From Anaeramoeba ignava BMAN (taxonomy: Eukaryota > Protista > Anaeramoebae), in NCBI GenBank assembly GCA_028826165.1, contig JAPDFW010000103.1:806001-870000 (forward strand): a stretch of DNA of 64,000 nt, written 5' to 3'. The position numbers and the translations under genes were made by a program. The stretch's first letter is position 1; every line of letters begins with the position of its first letter. This document shows, piece by piece, positions 1 through 13,400 of this stretch. The notes below the pieces were generated by a model. It saw only the letters and a list, made by a program, of their open reading frames with translations. It did no database searches and was not told where the DNA came from.

Positions 1-1290
1 CAAAATAAAGTGGAATTCAAATTAAATTAAAATTAAATTCTTTAAATAATTAAAAATAAAAAAGTGGAATTCAAATAAAAAAAAAGTGGAATTCAAATTA
101 AATTAAAATTAAATTCAAATTAAAATTAAATTAAAATTCAAATTAAATTAAAATTAAATTAAATTCAAATCAAATTCAAATTCAAATTAAATTTTTAAAA
201 TAATTAAAAATAAAAAAGTGGAATTAAATCAAAAAAAAGTGGAATTCAAATTAAATCCAAATTAAAATCAAATTAAATTCAAATTAAATTCAAATTAAAT
301 TCAAATTCAATTCAAATTAAATTTTAAAATAATTAAAAATAAAAAGTGGAATTAAATCAAAAAAAAGTGGAATTCAAATTAAATTCAAATCAAATTAAAT
401 TAAATTCAATTCAAATTAAATTCAAATTAATTTTTTAAAATAATCAAAAATAAAAAAGTGGAATTAAATCAAAAAAAAAGTGGAATTCAAATTAAATTCA
501 AATCAAATTCAAATTTAAATTCTTAAATAATTAAAAATAAAAAAGTGGAATTAAATCAAAAAAAAAAGTGGAATTCAAATTAAATTAAAATTATATTCAA
601 ATTAAATTTAAATTAAATTCTTTAAATAATTAAAAATAAAAAAGTGGAATTCAAATCAAAAAAAAGTGGAATTCAAATTAAATTCAAATCCAAATTAAAA
701 TTTAAATTCTTAAATAATTAAAAATAAAAAAGTGGAATTAAATCAAAAAAAAAAGTGGAATTCAAATTAAATTAAATTAAAATTAAATTCAAATTAAATT
801 AAAATTAAATTCAAATTAAATTCAAATTAAATTAAAATTAAATTCAAATTCAAATTAAATTAAATTCAAATTAAATTCAAATTAAATTCAAATCAAATTC
901 AAATTAAATTCAAATTAAAATCAAATTAAAATTAAATTCAAATTCAAATTAAAATTCTTTAAATAATTAAAAATAAAAAAGTGGAATTCAAATCAAAAAA
1001 AAGTGGAATTCAAATTAAATTCAAATTAAAATTAAATTAAATTCAAATTAAATTCAAATTAAATTCAAATTAAAATTAAATTAAAATTCAAATTAAATTA
1101 AAATTAAATTAAATTCAAATCAAATTAAATTCAAATTAATTTTTTAAAATAATTAAAAATAAAAAAGTGGAATTCAAATCAAAAAAAAAGTGGAATTTAA
1201 ATTAAATTCAAATTAAATTCAAATTAAATTAAAATTAAATTAAATTAAAATTCAAATCAAATTAAAATTAAATTAAATTCGAATTTATTA
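1..1290. repeat. AT-rich complex satellite: (AAATT/AAATTC)n interspersed with ~20 copies of AAAAAAGTGGAATT
   Basis: The higher-order unit TAAATAATTAAAAATAAAAAAGTGGAATT-x-AATCAAAAAAAAGTGGAATTCAAATT recurs every ~115-240 bp; it lies in the 3' flank of the RasGEF gene. Confidence 0.9.
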
Positions 1291-1325
1291 AACTCATTTT
1301 CAAAGAAAAAAAAAAAAACAAATCC

Positions 1326-4300
1326 TCAAATAAAATTATTTGCTTCTTTGGGTTCATTTTGCAAAGAAATTTGATACAATTGAGATTCAGAAAGAGGAAC
1401 TTGAATATTACTCAAAAAATAATTTTGGATCGATTCAACAGGACGAACATCATAAGATTTCTCTTGAAAAGCCAAGACAGAATTAATAGCCTTTCCAGCA
1501 AGAAAGAACTTATAAAAGTGGATCAAACCATCAACTGAATCTGGATTTCCTTCTTCAATAAAAGTCAAATCAGTAAGAAGAACACCGATAAAAGGAACAA
1601 GCGGAAGAGATTTGCGCTTTTCCAATTGGGCCCTATAATGTTTATATCCGGATTGATGGCTCATCATTGACGCGAGCATGCGGAACTTTTTCTTCTCAAT
1701 CTCAGTGATTTTTTCCCATGTTTTCTTCAAACGATAAATACATGCATGATTTAAAGATGCCAAAATTTCCATCATTCCGTTAAAATTATTCAAATGCTCC
1801 AATTCGTCCAGAAGCTCAATCGCAAAGCGAATCACATTCGCCCTCATCTTTGGCGATTTGTGCTTGACTATTTGATGCACAATAAAGGCTGATATTTTGT
1901 TCGAATGATGAATAAATTCAAGTACATTCGGCGATTTTTTTTCCTTTCCGTTTTTTGTCCATGCCAATCGAAGTAGCTCTTGCGCCCTTATTTTTTGGAA
2001 CAAGCTCTTCTCAATCAAAGTGATTTGCCGCGCAGCTTCAACAGGTCGAAGCACAATGATATCAAATTCGTTCGAAAATTTTTTTGGAACAAAACTTTCG
2101 GGAAAATCTGCTGATTTATTCCACGCTTGAAAAACCTCATCTGTTTCAATACCACCCTTCAGTTTGTTGTTAAACTTGCTTCTTGTTTCCTCGATGATTC
2201 TTTTCACCCCAGGAAACTGTGTTTGCGACGCTCCAAACTCGAGAAATTCAAGCATTTTCTTGACAAGATCAGGATCTTGCTCGAAATCACTAAAAAAAAT
2301 CTTGACCCAGAAAAAAGCAAAAGTCGCAAATCGCTTCTGTGTATATTCAAGATCGCTCTGCTGCTTGTTTGCATCGTTCGGGTTCTGTCGTGAAGCCCTT
2401 TCATACGCCTCTTTGAATGAGGCATAGAGATGATCCAAAACATTTGATGCTTTCGAAAAAACTCGACATGTTATTAAAAAAGCCATCAAGTACTGCTGAT
2501 CTTTGTTTGTCGCATTTCCCAGAAGCTCTACCAGTTTTTGGATTGTTCCTGAACGTACATAAATTTCGTTGTTTCGTTGTTTAAATGTCAAACACTTTGG
2601 ATCTTCGAGTTCAAGGATTGTTCTGTTTACAACTTCGTCCTAAAAAAAAATATGCAAAGATAAACATTTGCAAAGAGTGTTTAACGATTATTTGTATTGT
2701 TATTTGTTGGGTTTTTAGTTAGTAAAAGAAAATATAATTTTGTGAAAAAAGTTGTTCCACTTTTCCGTTTTTTTTTTTTAAAATAAATTTTTTAAATAAA
2801 ATTTTTTTTTTGTACTTTTGAATCTAATAACTTTTCTATCAAAACTAATGTTCTTGATGTTGATTTGGAAGTTGTATTCGAACGCAGAGGATCAAGCTTC
2901 TTCAAAAGCTCGATTGTTTTCTCATATTTATTGCGTTCGTTTTCAAAACTCGCGACTAATTGATCTCGTTCATCAACAACTGTTGTGGTTTCCAATTTAA
3001 TCATTTCCATATCCACCTTCAATTCCATAATCTCATTCTTATAATTCTCATTGGATTTAAGTAGATCTTCACAATTCCTCGAAAGCTCTTTATATTTTCT
3101 TTTCCGAATTTCAAGCTTTTTTCTTAAAGATGAAGCTTCATTTTCAAATTGAGTTACTTTTTTCTTTTCCTCTTCCAATTGTTTTAACAAAGATTGTTCA
3201 TTCTCTTCCTTGAATCTTTCTTGATTTGTTGTGTTTTTCAAATTATCACTTGGGAACTCTCTTTGTTTTTCTTGCAGTTCTTGATATTTTTTTTCAAGTT
3301 GAGAATTATTTTTTATCAATCCATTTTTTTCATAATTTAAATCATCATATTGCCGACTTAATCTTGTAAGTTCTCGCAATTTTTCTGAGAGTGTTGTTTT
3401 AATACTTGCCAAATCTAGCAAAACTTCATCGTAATTTTCTTTTAAAATTTCTTTTTCCTTTGAAATTTCAGTGAGAATTTTGCGTTGTTCTTTCATAATA
3501 AACTTAAAATGATTAGATTCAAGAATGCGTTCTTGTCGTTCCTCATCATGAATTTGAAGTAAACGCATTTGCGAATCCTTTTCCATATAATATGTAAATA
3601 ATTCTTGCTTTTCCTTGATGATCTGCGATAAGTTGTTTGTTAAACTTGTGATTTCATTTTGCAAATTTTCTACTTGTTTAAAATATTTTAAATTTTCATT
3701 TTCAAGTTCAATTTTTTCTTGAGATAAAAAAGATACTTCATTTCTTAAATCCTTATTTTCTTCCACAATTTCAATTAAAGCTTGTCTGTTTTGATTCTAT
3801 TTTTAAATTTTTTTTAATTTTTGAATTAATTTAAATTTTTTGAAATATATATAATCTTACTTCAAATGCAGTTAAATTTTGATTTGAATTTTGATCATTT
3901 TGAATATTTTGATTTTGAATAGATTTTTCAAGTTCATTTTGATAATTTTTTTCCTGATAAAAATTTTAATAATTTTTTATAAATTTTTAATAAATTTTTA
4001 ATAAATTTTTTGTTGATAAATTAAAATACTTCAGGTTGACTCTTTGCTTTTTGCAATAATTGTTGTAATTCATTATTCTCATTTTGCAATTTTTCAAATT
4101 TTGTTTGAATTTCTTGGTATTTTTTATTACTTTCTTGAACTGCTTCATTTATTTCTCCTTTCTTTTATAATAAAATAATAATTAAATAAAATGGAAATAA
4201 TTTTGAATTCAAATTATAAAATTGATTTGAATAAATAAATGAAATGCAAACTGTTAAAAGTGCATTAATTTGTTTGAAATAATTTCTTTGTTGAACTAAT

Positions 4301-5722
4301 AATAACATTCTTTCCTTTGTCAATTTAATTTCATTTTCGCTTGATTTTTTTTGTTCCTCTAAATCTTTTTTTTGTTTTAATAAATCTTTTTTATAAGTTT
4401 CTGTTTCATTTTGTGATTTTTCAATAAATTGATTTTTATTCATAATAATATCATTAAGTCCATTTATTTCAGATTTTAGTTCAATTTCTCTTTCTCTAAT
4501 CATTTCTTGTAATTGTTCTGTAACTTTAACTTGTGTATTAAAATCATTTTCCTTTTTATCAATTTGTTCTCTAAGAAAAGTGTTTTCTTTCCTTAGAGAA
4601 TCTCTTTGTAAGATTACAACGTTAATTTGATCTTGAATTCTTGAAAAAACATTTTCTTCAATACTAGTTTCTTTTTCCTGTTTTTAAAAAAAAAATATTT
4701 TGAATTTAAGTGATTTTTTTTTTTTGAAGTTTTAAAAGATTTTTTTTTTTCTACTTTTAATTCATTCTTTTCAATAATAGCATTTTTTAATTGTTCTCTA
4801 AGTTGGTGGTTATGTCCTTTTAACTTTTAGATTATAATAATTAAATTAATAATTATATTAATAATTAAATTAATAATAATTAAATTTATAATAATTAAAT
4901 TAATAATTAAATTTATAATAATTAAATTAATAATTAAATTTATAATAATTATATTTATAATTAAATTTATAATAATTATATTTATAATTAAATTTATAAT
5001 AATTATATTTATAATTAAATTTATAATTATATTTATATTAATTATTAAATTTATAATTAAATTTATATTAATTATTAAATTTATAATTAAATTTATATTA
5101 ATTAAATTTATTATAATTAAATTTATAATAAAATTTATAATAATTATATTTATAATTATATTTATAATAATTATATTTATAATAATTATATTTATAATTA
5201 AATTTATAATTATATTTATAATAATTAAATTTATAATAATTATTAAATTAATAATAATTAAATTAATAATAACTATATTTATAATTATATTAATAATAAT
5301 TATTAAATTAATAATTAAATTTATATTTATATTTATAATTAAATTTATAATAATTATATTTATAATTAAATTTATAATAATTATATTTATAATTATATTT
5401 ATAATAGTTCAATTACCCATTCTAGTTTTTGAATTTGAAGTTTTAAATTTGAATTTTTGGAAACTAATTTTTGAATTTTTTGCTTCAATCTTAATTTAAG
5501 TTGATTGTTTTGATTCTAATAAGAAAAAAAATTTTAAATTATATTTGTAAATTATTTTTGTTTTTTTGCTTTTGTTTTTTGCTTTTGTTTTTCAAAATTA
5601 ACTTCATGAGTTAAAATTTTTTCATTTAAATCAACAATAGTTTTTTGATGATATTGATTTTCTTGAATTAAATGTTTTGCAAATTCAAGTAATTGATCAT
5701 GAGATAAATTATCAAAATCCAT
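1326..5722 (-). CDS. Long coiled-coil protein with C-terminal REM + CDC25 RasGEF domain (~1077 aa, 8 exons)
   Basis: Exons 5722-5603, 5515-5417, 4823-4755, 4677-4252, 4161-4030, 3953-3861, 3796-2816, 2639-1326, all joined in frame by GT-AG introns. CDC25 motifs: ARQITLIE, LNNFNGMMEILASL, IYRLKKTW, PLVPFIGVLLTDLTFIEEGNPD. REM motifs: SGTIQKLVELL, FLITCRVF. Confidence 0.88.
4826..5414. repeat. Intronic almost pure A/T simple repeat (ATAATTAAATTT-like)
   Basis: ~590 bp nearly devoid of G/C inside intron 4824-5416 of the RasGEF gene. Confidence 0.85.
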
Positions 5723-5873
5723 TTATTTATTTATTTATTTATTATTTTTATTTTTATTATTTTTTTTAAATTGAAAAAGAAAAAAGAAAAAGAAAAAAAA
5801 AATGAAATTTTTTAAATAAAATTTTTTTTATTTTTTTCTTTTTTTTTCTTTTTATTATTTTTTAAAAACAAAA

Positions 5874-7778
5874 ATGGGAAATTTTGTTGATTTATCGTTA
5901 AAAATGAATTTTTCAAAGTCTCAACCCAAAATCAATTTGAAAAAATATAGAAAATTAATACAAAATACAACAGAATCAATAGTTGCATTTTCTTCTCAAG
6001 GAAAATTAACTGAAATAAATGAACAAGCAATTGATATGTTTTCTTCAGCTTCAAAACAATCTTGTATTAATCAAGAACCAGAATTCTTTTGTTTTCTAAA
6101 TCAAAAACATGTTAATTTGGAAGTTAAAGTTTATTTGCAAAAACAAATTCAAGCCTTACTTGCGTATTTTTTAATATTTTTTAATTCATTTTTTTTAAAA
6201 TAATTGATCTACATTTATCCAACTCATTATTTATGTTATTATTTTATTATTTATTTTGATTTAATTTAATTTAAATTTTCTTTCTTAAATCTTTATAAAA
6301 TTATTCTTAATTTATTTTAATTTTTGATTTAATTTTTATTTTAATTTGATTTGCTTATTCAAAAAAAAAAGGGATAAATTCGAATTAATTAAACATAAAA
6401 ATAATAAACAAATTCAAATATTCAAATCATTTTTAATTTTAACCCCATTCCAAATTTAATTTGTTTTATTAAAATAATTTAATCTATATTTAAATTGAAA
6501 ATTAAATAATATTTTTTTTTATTAATTAAATTGATGTAATGAATAGTTTTGGGGTTTTTTTATTCAACACATAATCTTTAAATAAGATCTAATTGAAAAT
6601 TCAAATTCAAATCTAAATTTAATTTTAATCTAAATTTAATTCAAATTTAATTTCAAATTCAAATTTAATCCAAATTTAATACAAATTCAAATTCAATCTA
6701 AATTCAAATTCAAATTCAAATTTAATTCAATTTCAAAATTAATCCAAATCCAAATTCATTTTAAAATTCAAATTTAATCTAAATTTAATTTTAATCTAAA
6801 TTTAATTCAATTCAAATTCAAATTCAAATTCAAATTCAAATTCAAATTCATTTTAAAATTCAAATTCAAATTCAAATCCAAATTCAAATTCAAATTCAAA
6901 TTCAAATTCAAATTCAAATTCAAACTCAAATTCAAATTCATTTTAAAATCCAAATTCAAATTCATTTTAAAATTAAAATTTAATCTAAAAATAGCCTAGA
7001 TAACCAACAACAAGTCGATTTTGATTTACATTGCAAAACTTCCACAAATAAATCACTTTGGGTTCATTGTTGGTTAACACCAATCAACTGTCAACCATTT
7101 TTAGTACAAGCAATTCTTCGACCAACATCAGAACCACAACCAAAACTTGAACCAATATCAGATTTCAACCAGAATCTCTCAGACGTATCTGAAACAATCG
7201 AAGATAATTTCCAAAATCAAAACACAAATCAAAATCTTCGATCCAAAAGTTTCATATCAACTTCTGAAGATGTTCTATCATCTGATCAATTATTTAATCT
7301 TAATAATTTACAAGAGAATGAAGATTTTGATAATGCAATCGATTTAATCACTGAATCAATCGATCAATTTCGACTTGAAAAAAAAATTCTTAAACAAAAA
7401 CATGAAGATAAAAAAGAAAAAACTCGAAATGATTTGCAAAGTCAAATTGACACTTTATCAGAAAATCTTCAAGAAATTAACCAGAAAATCAAAGAAAAAG
7501 AACAAGATAGTCAATTGAGAAATAAAGAATTAAGACAATCCCAAAAACTTATTCTTCAATCTGAAGATTCAAACCAACAAATTCAAAAACTTAAAACAGA
7601 AATTGAACAAATTCAAAAAATTCATAAAAAACAAAAACAACAACTTAAACAAAAATTTGAAGAAAAGATTCAGAAAATCGAACAAGAGAAAAAAATTAAT
7701 GATGAGAAAATTAAACAACTTCTTCAAAAACTTCATCAAGTTGAGAAAGAAAAAGAAGATTTAGAAAAATTAGTTTAA
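5874..7778 (+). CDS. PAS-domain protein with C-terminal coiled coil (2 exons)
   Basis: Exon1 5874-6163, intron 6164(GT)-6994(AG), exon2 6995-7778 in frame. PAS-like sequence YRKLIQNTTESIVAFSSQGKLTEINEQAIDMF ... FDLHCKTSTNKSLWVHCWLTPI..FLVQAILRP. Confidence 0.75.
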
Positions 7779-7945
7779 TCAAAAAAACCAAAATCAAAAA
7801 AAAAAAATCAAAAATTTCAATTTTTTTTTTCTCTTTTTAATTTTTACTTTTCAATTTTCACTTTTTTTTTGTTTTGTTTTGTTTTGGTTTCTAGTAAAAA
7901 AAAAAAGTGGAACAAAAAAAAAATTTTTTTCTTTCTTTTTTATTT

Positions 7946-10250
7946 TTAATTTAAATAATAATCTAATTGACCAGAAAAATTTGAAGAATCTGGAATAGAA
8001 ATAATTGTATTATTTAAATCAAAATTCTCTTCAAGATTAACACACAAAAGTCTTGTAATAACGGTTGATTCATCTTGAACAGTAAATATTCCATTTTCAT
8101 GATGTCTTGCAATTTCACAAATGGAAATACAACTTATAGATGAATTTTCTCTTGCAAACATTGAATTTTTCCAAACAAATTCTTGATGAGAATAAGACAT
8201 GGAAATACTTGAATTTGTGGATAAATAAATACCAGAACCATGAGCACTTCCATGAAGCATTAAATGAGTTCCTGAATATGATTTAAGTCCATTTCTTAAG
8301 ATACTATGCCAATTATATAAAGGGGATCCATGAAAAGCTAAAATGGATCCGTTTTCCGATTTCTTTTTCACAAATTTTGCTTCTTTTTCAGGTGGTGCTG
8401 TGAGCATTAAAAATTGCTCTTTGCACTTGATTTCGGGGATTCTTTGACTTGTTAATCTGATTAATTGCGCCCGATTTGTTACAACTAGCCAACGAAGAAG
8501 TAAATAAGCTTGAGGATGAATTTTTTCCATTTTTCGCTTGATTACTGAATCATTTGAATAAGTTTTTGCTAGTTTATGAAGTTCGGAAATTTTTGGGAAT
8601 TGTTCCAGAATATTTTTCAAAATTTCAAACCGTTTTTCATTTGAAATATCGCAAATAAATCCAGGAAAAGGTTGGAAAGTTGATTCCAACCGATCGTAAT
8701 TTTGTCCCAAAGCAGCTATTGCCAATGTTATTAATAAATCAACAACTTCGGGATTGTGAATCAATTCTAAATAAAATGGTGGAGAAAGTCCCATTTCAAA
8801 TGTTCCAAACAAACACAATGTATCTGTACAGCATGTAGGACGCAAAAGTCCTTTAATAGGAAGATCTTTTCCACAAACAAAACAAACATCTGCAATATTT
8901 GTTACTCTTTCAACAACAAGCAAATAAATATCGATATAAAGATTGTTTGGAACTTCATATTTTCTTTTTTTTTGCATTCTATTTTCGTTTTTTTTTTCTT
9001 TTGAAAATCTTTTTTTTCTTGACTCATTATTTCTTTCTTTTGTTTCTTTGGAAATGTTTTTTCCATGTTTAAATCTTCGTTTATTCCTATAATTCCTCCT
9101 TCTTTGATTTGTATTCTCATTTTTTTTCTTGTTTGTGTTGATTTGAGTGTTTTTTTTCTTCGTATTTATATTTGATATTGTATTCTTATTTGTTAATTTT
9201 TTTATCATTTGAACTGCCTCTTCGAGATTGGCTGCTTTTGGTACAACTTCCAAAATGGAAGAAATATCAAATTTTGAGCGCATAAGCTCCATAGCAATTT
9301 TTTGTTTGGTTTTTCCTGAATCTTTGAATGAATTTAAAATGTAATAATTTGTGATTTTTTCATCCATTTTTAAACAATATTTATCCCAAATTTTTGAGAT
9401 ATAATCTTCAATATAATGTTTGATATGAATTGTTATTGGTGTTATTTTCTCATTTGTATAGTTGTCTAATGTTACTTGACTAACTTTGATTTTGGGAGCG
9501 CTTAAACTATTGAAAAATCTTGAGAAGAATTTCAATACAATCTTGAAAACAATTTCTTTTCTAGTAAATGTTTCATAAGGTCTTATATAAATATTGACTT
9601 TTTTCACAGATTTTTGATAAACAAAAGAAGATTTTCCAAAAGATTGAATAGAATTTGATATTTGTCTTTCTGTAATTTTTTGTTCCAAAAGTAATTCTTC
9701 TTTGTTAATTCCATATTCACTCAATTCATCGTCTGAATAATTATCTGAATTTGAACTTTCTTGAATTGAATCACTTGAATCACTTGAATCACTTGAATCA
9801 TCCAATTCAATTTCATTTTCATTTGAATTTTCATTTAAATTTTCATTTTCATTTTCATTTTCATTTTCATTTTCATTTGATTTTAAATTTTCATTTAATT
9901 CTAAATTTTCATTTAATTCTAAAGAAGGAAATTTTAAACCAAAACTTCTAATAATTTCCATTACAAAATCTTCCACTTTTTTAAAATTTTGTTTCTTTAA
10001 TTTTTCATTAATTATATCTACAAATAAATATATACTTTCATCTTCTGAAAGATAAGATATAAAAGGTTTTTCTTTTGTTATATTTTCTGGAAATATTATT
10101 CCAATTTCAACTTTTTGTTTAATTTCTTTAATTTCAAAACGAATTGTAATTGTAAAAGTATTTTGAACTTTTTCATAAAAGGATTTAATTTTTGAATTAA
10201 TTGAATTTAAATTTTTATTAATTTTTTTAATAATTTTAGAATTAATTTCC
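7946..10250 (-). CDS. PARP6/PARP8-like mono-ADP-ribosyltransferase
   Basis: Single 768-aa ORF (track 7946-10252). Cys cluster CFVC...RPTCC...LCLF, PEVVDLLI, catalytic FHGSPLYNWHSILRNGL, HGSAHGSGIYLS..S.S..YS and C-terminal VITRLL match the PARP6/8/16 subfamily. Confidence 0.85.
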
Positions 10251-10339
10251 ATTTTAAATTTTTATAAAAAAATGAAAAAAATGAAAATAAAAATAAAAAT
10301 AAAAATAAAAAGGAGAAAAAAATTTTTTTTAATTAAATT

Positions 10340-10360
10340 TTTCATTTTTTTTTTCATTTT
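10340..10360 (+). promoter_or_regulatory. Candidate initiator element TTTTCATTTTT (representative of a motif upstream of most genes)
   Basis: The same motif in sense orientation precedes ATGs at 5722, 10250, 10470, 15629, 18246, 35259, 36996, 38925, 39008, 41625, 49533, 56688, 60530. Confidence 0.55.
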
Positions 10361-10469
10361 TTTTTTAATTAATTAATAAATAATAAATAAATTTTTTTTT
10401 TAAAAACAATCAAATTATAAAAATCGAAATTCAAAAAAAATTAAATTTAAAAAAAATTCAAATTAAAAA

Positions 10470-13400
10470 ATGAGTAAATTAATTGAATTATTTCAAGATT
10501 CAACAAGTTTAGCAAAATTAACAGGAAAAACAACAATCAATGAAAATGACAATCAATTTTGGAAACAATTATTTGAAGAATTAACAGGACCGTTAAGCAA
10601 ATTAGACATTCGAGAAATTGATTATGTTATTCGAACAAAATTTACTAATTTCCCACAAAATAACGAATCAACTCATAATTTTCAAAAATTATTAATCAAA
10701 GGAATTGAAAAATTACAAACAATTCATAAAGATTTTGCAAATGAAAAAAAAAATGATGAAAAATTAACACTTAATATTGTAAATTTATTATTTTTGATGC
10801 GAGTTTTTTCCCAATATATTATTGAGACAAATTTAGCTCCTTTTTCAGACCCAGAAATCAATGATTTGGACTTAACAAATGATCTTGATCCAAGATCTAT
10901 GTCAAAGAAACAAAGGCGTCAATGGGAAAAAAACCAAAAGAAAAAGAATAAAAAAAATCCTAAACTTTCTAAATTGTCAAAAGAATCTATTATTAATGAA
11001 AATATTGAAAAGGATGAAAATAATATGCTTTCAGAACAAACTGAAATTACTGAATTATATAATCCAACAAAACTTCGTGAACATTTCTCTTATCCTTCTA
11101 TGGGTAAATTCAATATAAATTCAATATAAAATTCAATATAAAATTCAATATAAAATTCAATATAAAATTCAATATAAAATTAAATATAAAATTCAATATA
11201 AAATTCAATATAAAATTCAATATAAAATTAAAATTAAAATTCAATATAAAATTCATTTATAAAATTAAAATTAAAATTAAAATTAAAATTAAAATTAAAA
11301 TTCAATATAAAATTCAATATAAAATTAAAATTAAAATTAAAATTAAAATTAAAATTAAAATTAAAATTAAAATTAAATATAAAATTAAAATTAAAATTTA
11401 AATTTAAATAGATTTACCTAAACTTTTAATGGAAACACTTACTAATTATATTATTGATCAAAATGATGCAACAGAGTTTTCAAAATATGTTATTCTTGTT
11501 GAGGTTATTGCACTTATGATTTCATTATTATCAACAAGTGTTTTTGATGTGAATATTTTTGAAAACAAAAATGAAGTTGTAACAAGTGAGTTAAGTGATC
11601 ATTTTTCTGATGTTGTTTGGATTGAAGTTGAAGAACCTTCAGAAGAAAATGATTCATTCGATTTTAGTCACTTTGTTTATTACATGGATAATGAAAAAAT
11701 TCGTACTTTAGTAACAGTTTTATTAGGTCATATTTCAATTCAATTACAAACACCTAATCCAGATGAATCTCAATGGGATAATTCAAGGAGAGGTAAAATA
11801 TTTTTAAAAATATTAAAACAATTATTTCAAATTATTTCAAATTATTTCAAAAACATGAAATGAATCAAAATTACTAAAATACAAAAATTTATTTTTAAAA
11901 TTATTTCAAATTATTTCAAAACATGAAATGAATCAAAATTATTAAAATAAAAATATTTCAAAAACATGAAATGAATCAAAAATATTAAAATTTATTTTTA
12001 AAATTATTTTAAAATATTTCAAATTATTTCAAAAACATGAAATGAATCAAAATTATTAAAATACAAAAATTTATTTTTAAAAGGTTCTTTTATTTTTTCA
12101 CCAGTATTTGCAATTAAGAAATTTTTTAAACATTCAAATTCAGATCCAACACCACTTTCAACACATGCACTTTCTTTATTACTTGCACTTCTTCAAACAA
12201 GAACACAAGACGAATTTGGATTTGAAAATGATCTTTTATATTCAAAAGACAATTTAGAATCAAATCAATTTGTATCAGTAATTTCAAAATTGAAAAATCT
12301 TAATCTTGATGATGATACTGAAGAATCTATTGCTCATCAAATTCCTTTTAAAATGCTTCTTTGTAACACACTTTGGTATTTTATATTATTTTATATTATT
12401 TTATATTATTTTATATTGAAAAAAATAAAACAATTCAAAATTTAATTTAGTTCTGAATCGGTCAATGAACAATCTTTACTTTTAGCTTATCATCTTCTTT
12501 CAAAAAATAAAGATTTTTTAAAATTTACTTTAGAAAGTCAAGATCTTTCAAAAACTTTATTATATTTTTTAGAAGAAATTTATCAATATACACATGGATT
12601 AGAAGAATATCAACAAGAGAAAGGATCAATTATTCATTTATTTCTTGTTATATTGCTTATTCTTTCAGAAAATGATGATTTTGGAACTTTTGTTTTTTCT
12701 CAAGTGAATTTGATTTAATTTAATTTGATTTAATTTTAATTTAATTTTAATTTAATTTAATTTGATTTAATTTAATTTGATTTGATTTATTTGATTTAAT
12801 TTGATTTAATTTAATTTAATTTAATTTAATTTTAAAGATTTGATTTAATTTAATTTGATTTATTTGATTTAATTTAATTTTATTTGATTTAATTTAATTT
12901 GATTTTATTTAATTTAATTTGATTTAATTTATTTGATTTAATTTAAATTTGATTTAATTTTAATTTAATTTAATTTAATTTAATTTTATTTAATTTAATT
13001 TAATTTGATTTAATTTGATTTAATTTATTTTAAATTTAATTTGATTTAATTTGATTTAATTTATTTTAAATTTAATTTAATTTAATTTAATTTATTTAAT
13101 TTAATTTAATTTGATTTGATTTAATTTGATTTAATTTGATTTAATTTAATTTATTTAATTTGATTTAATTTTATTTATCCAAAAAAAATAAAGTTTGTTG
13201 CAGTTGTAAATTGGTACAAAGAAACCCAACTGAAAAATATATCAATAGGAAGTCTTTGTGTTCTTCTTCTTCTTGAATTAACACAACTCCACTTTCCTCG
13301 ATTAACATCAACAGAATTAATAAATTCAAGTTTAGCAATTGTTCACAATCTCTCATCAAGTTTTGCTAATCTTCCAGTTTCTACATCAGAAAAATTAGTG

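Noticed and set aside
1-1290. CRISPR-like appearance of regularly spaced GTGGAATT repeats (also 17035-18170)
   Set aside because: The spacers are themselves low-complexity and variable in length, there are no cas genes, and the context is eukaryotic.
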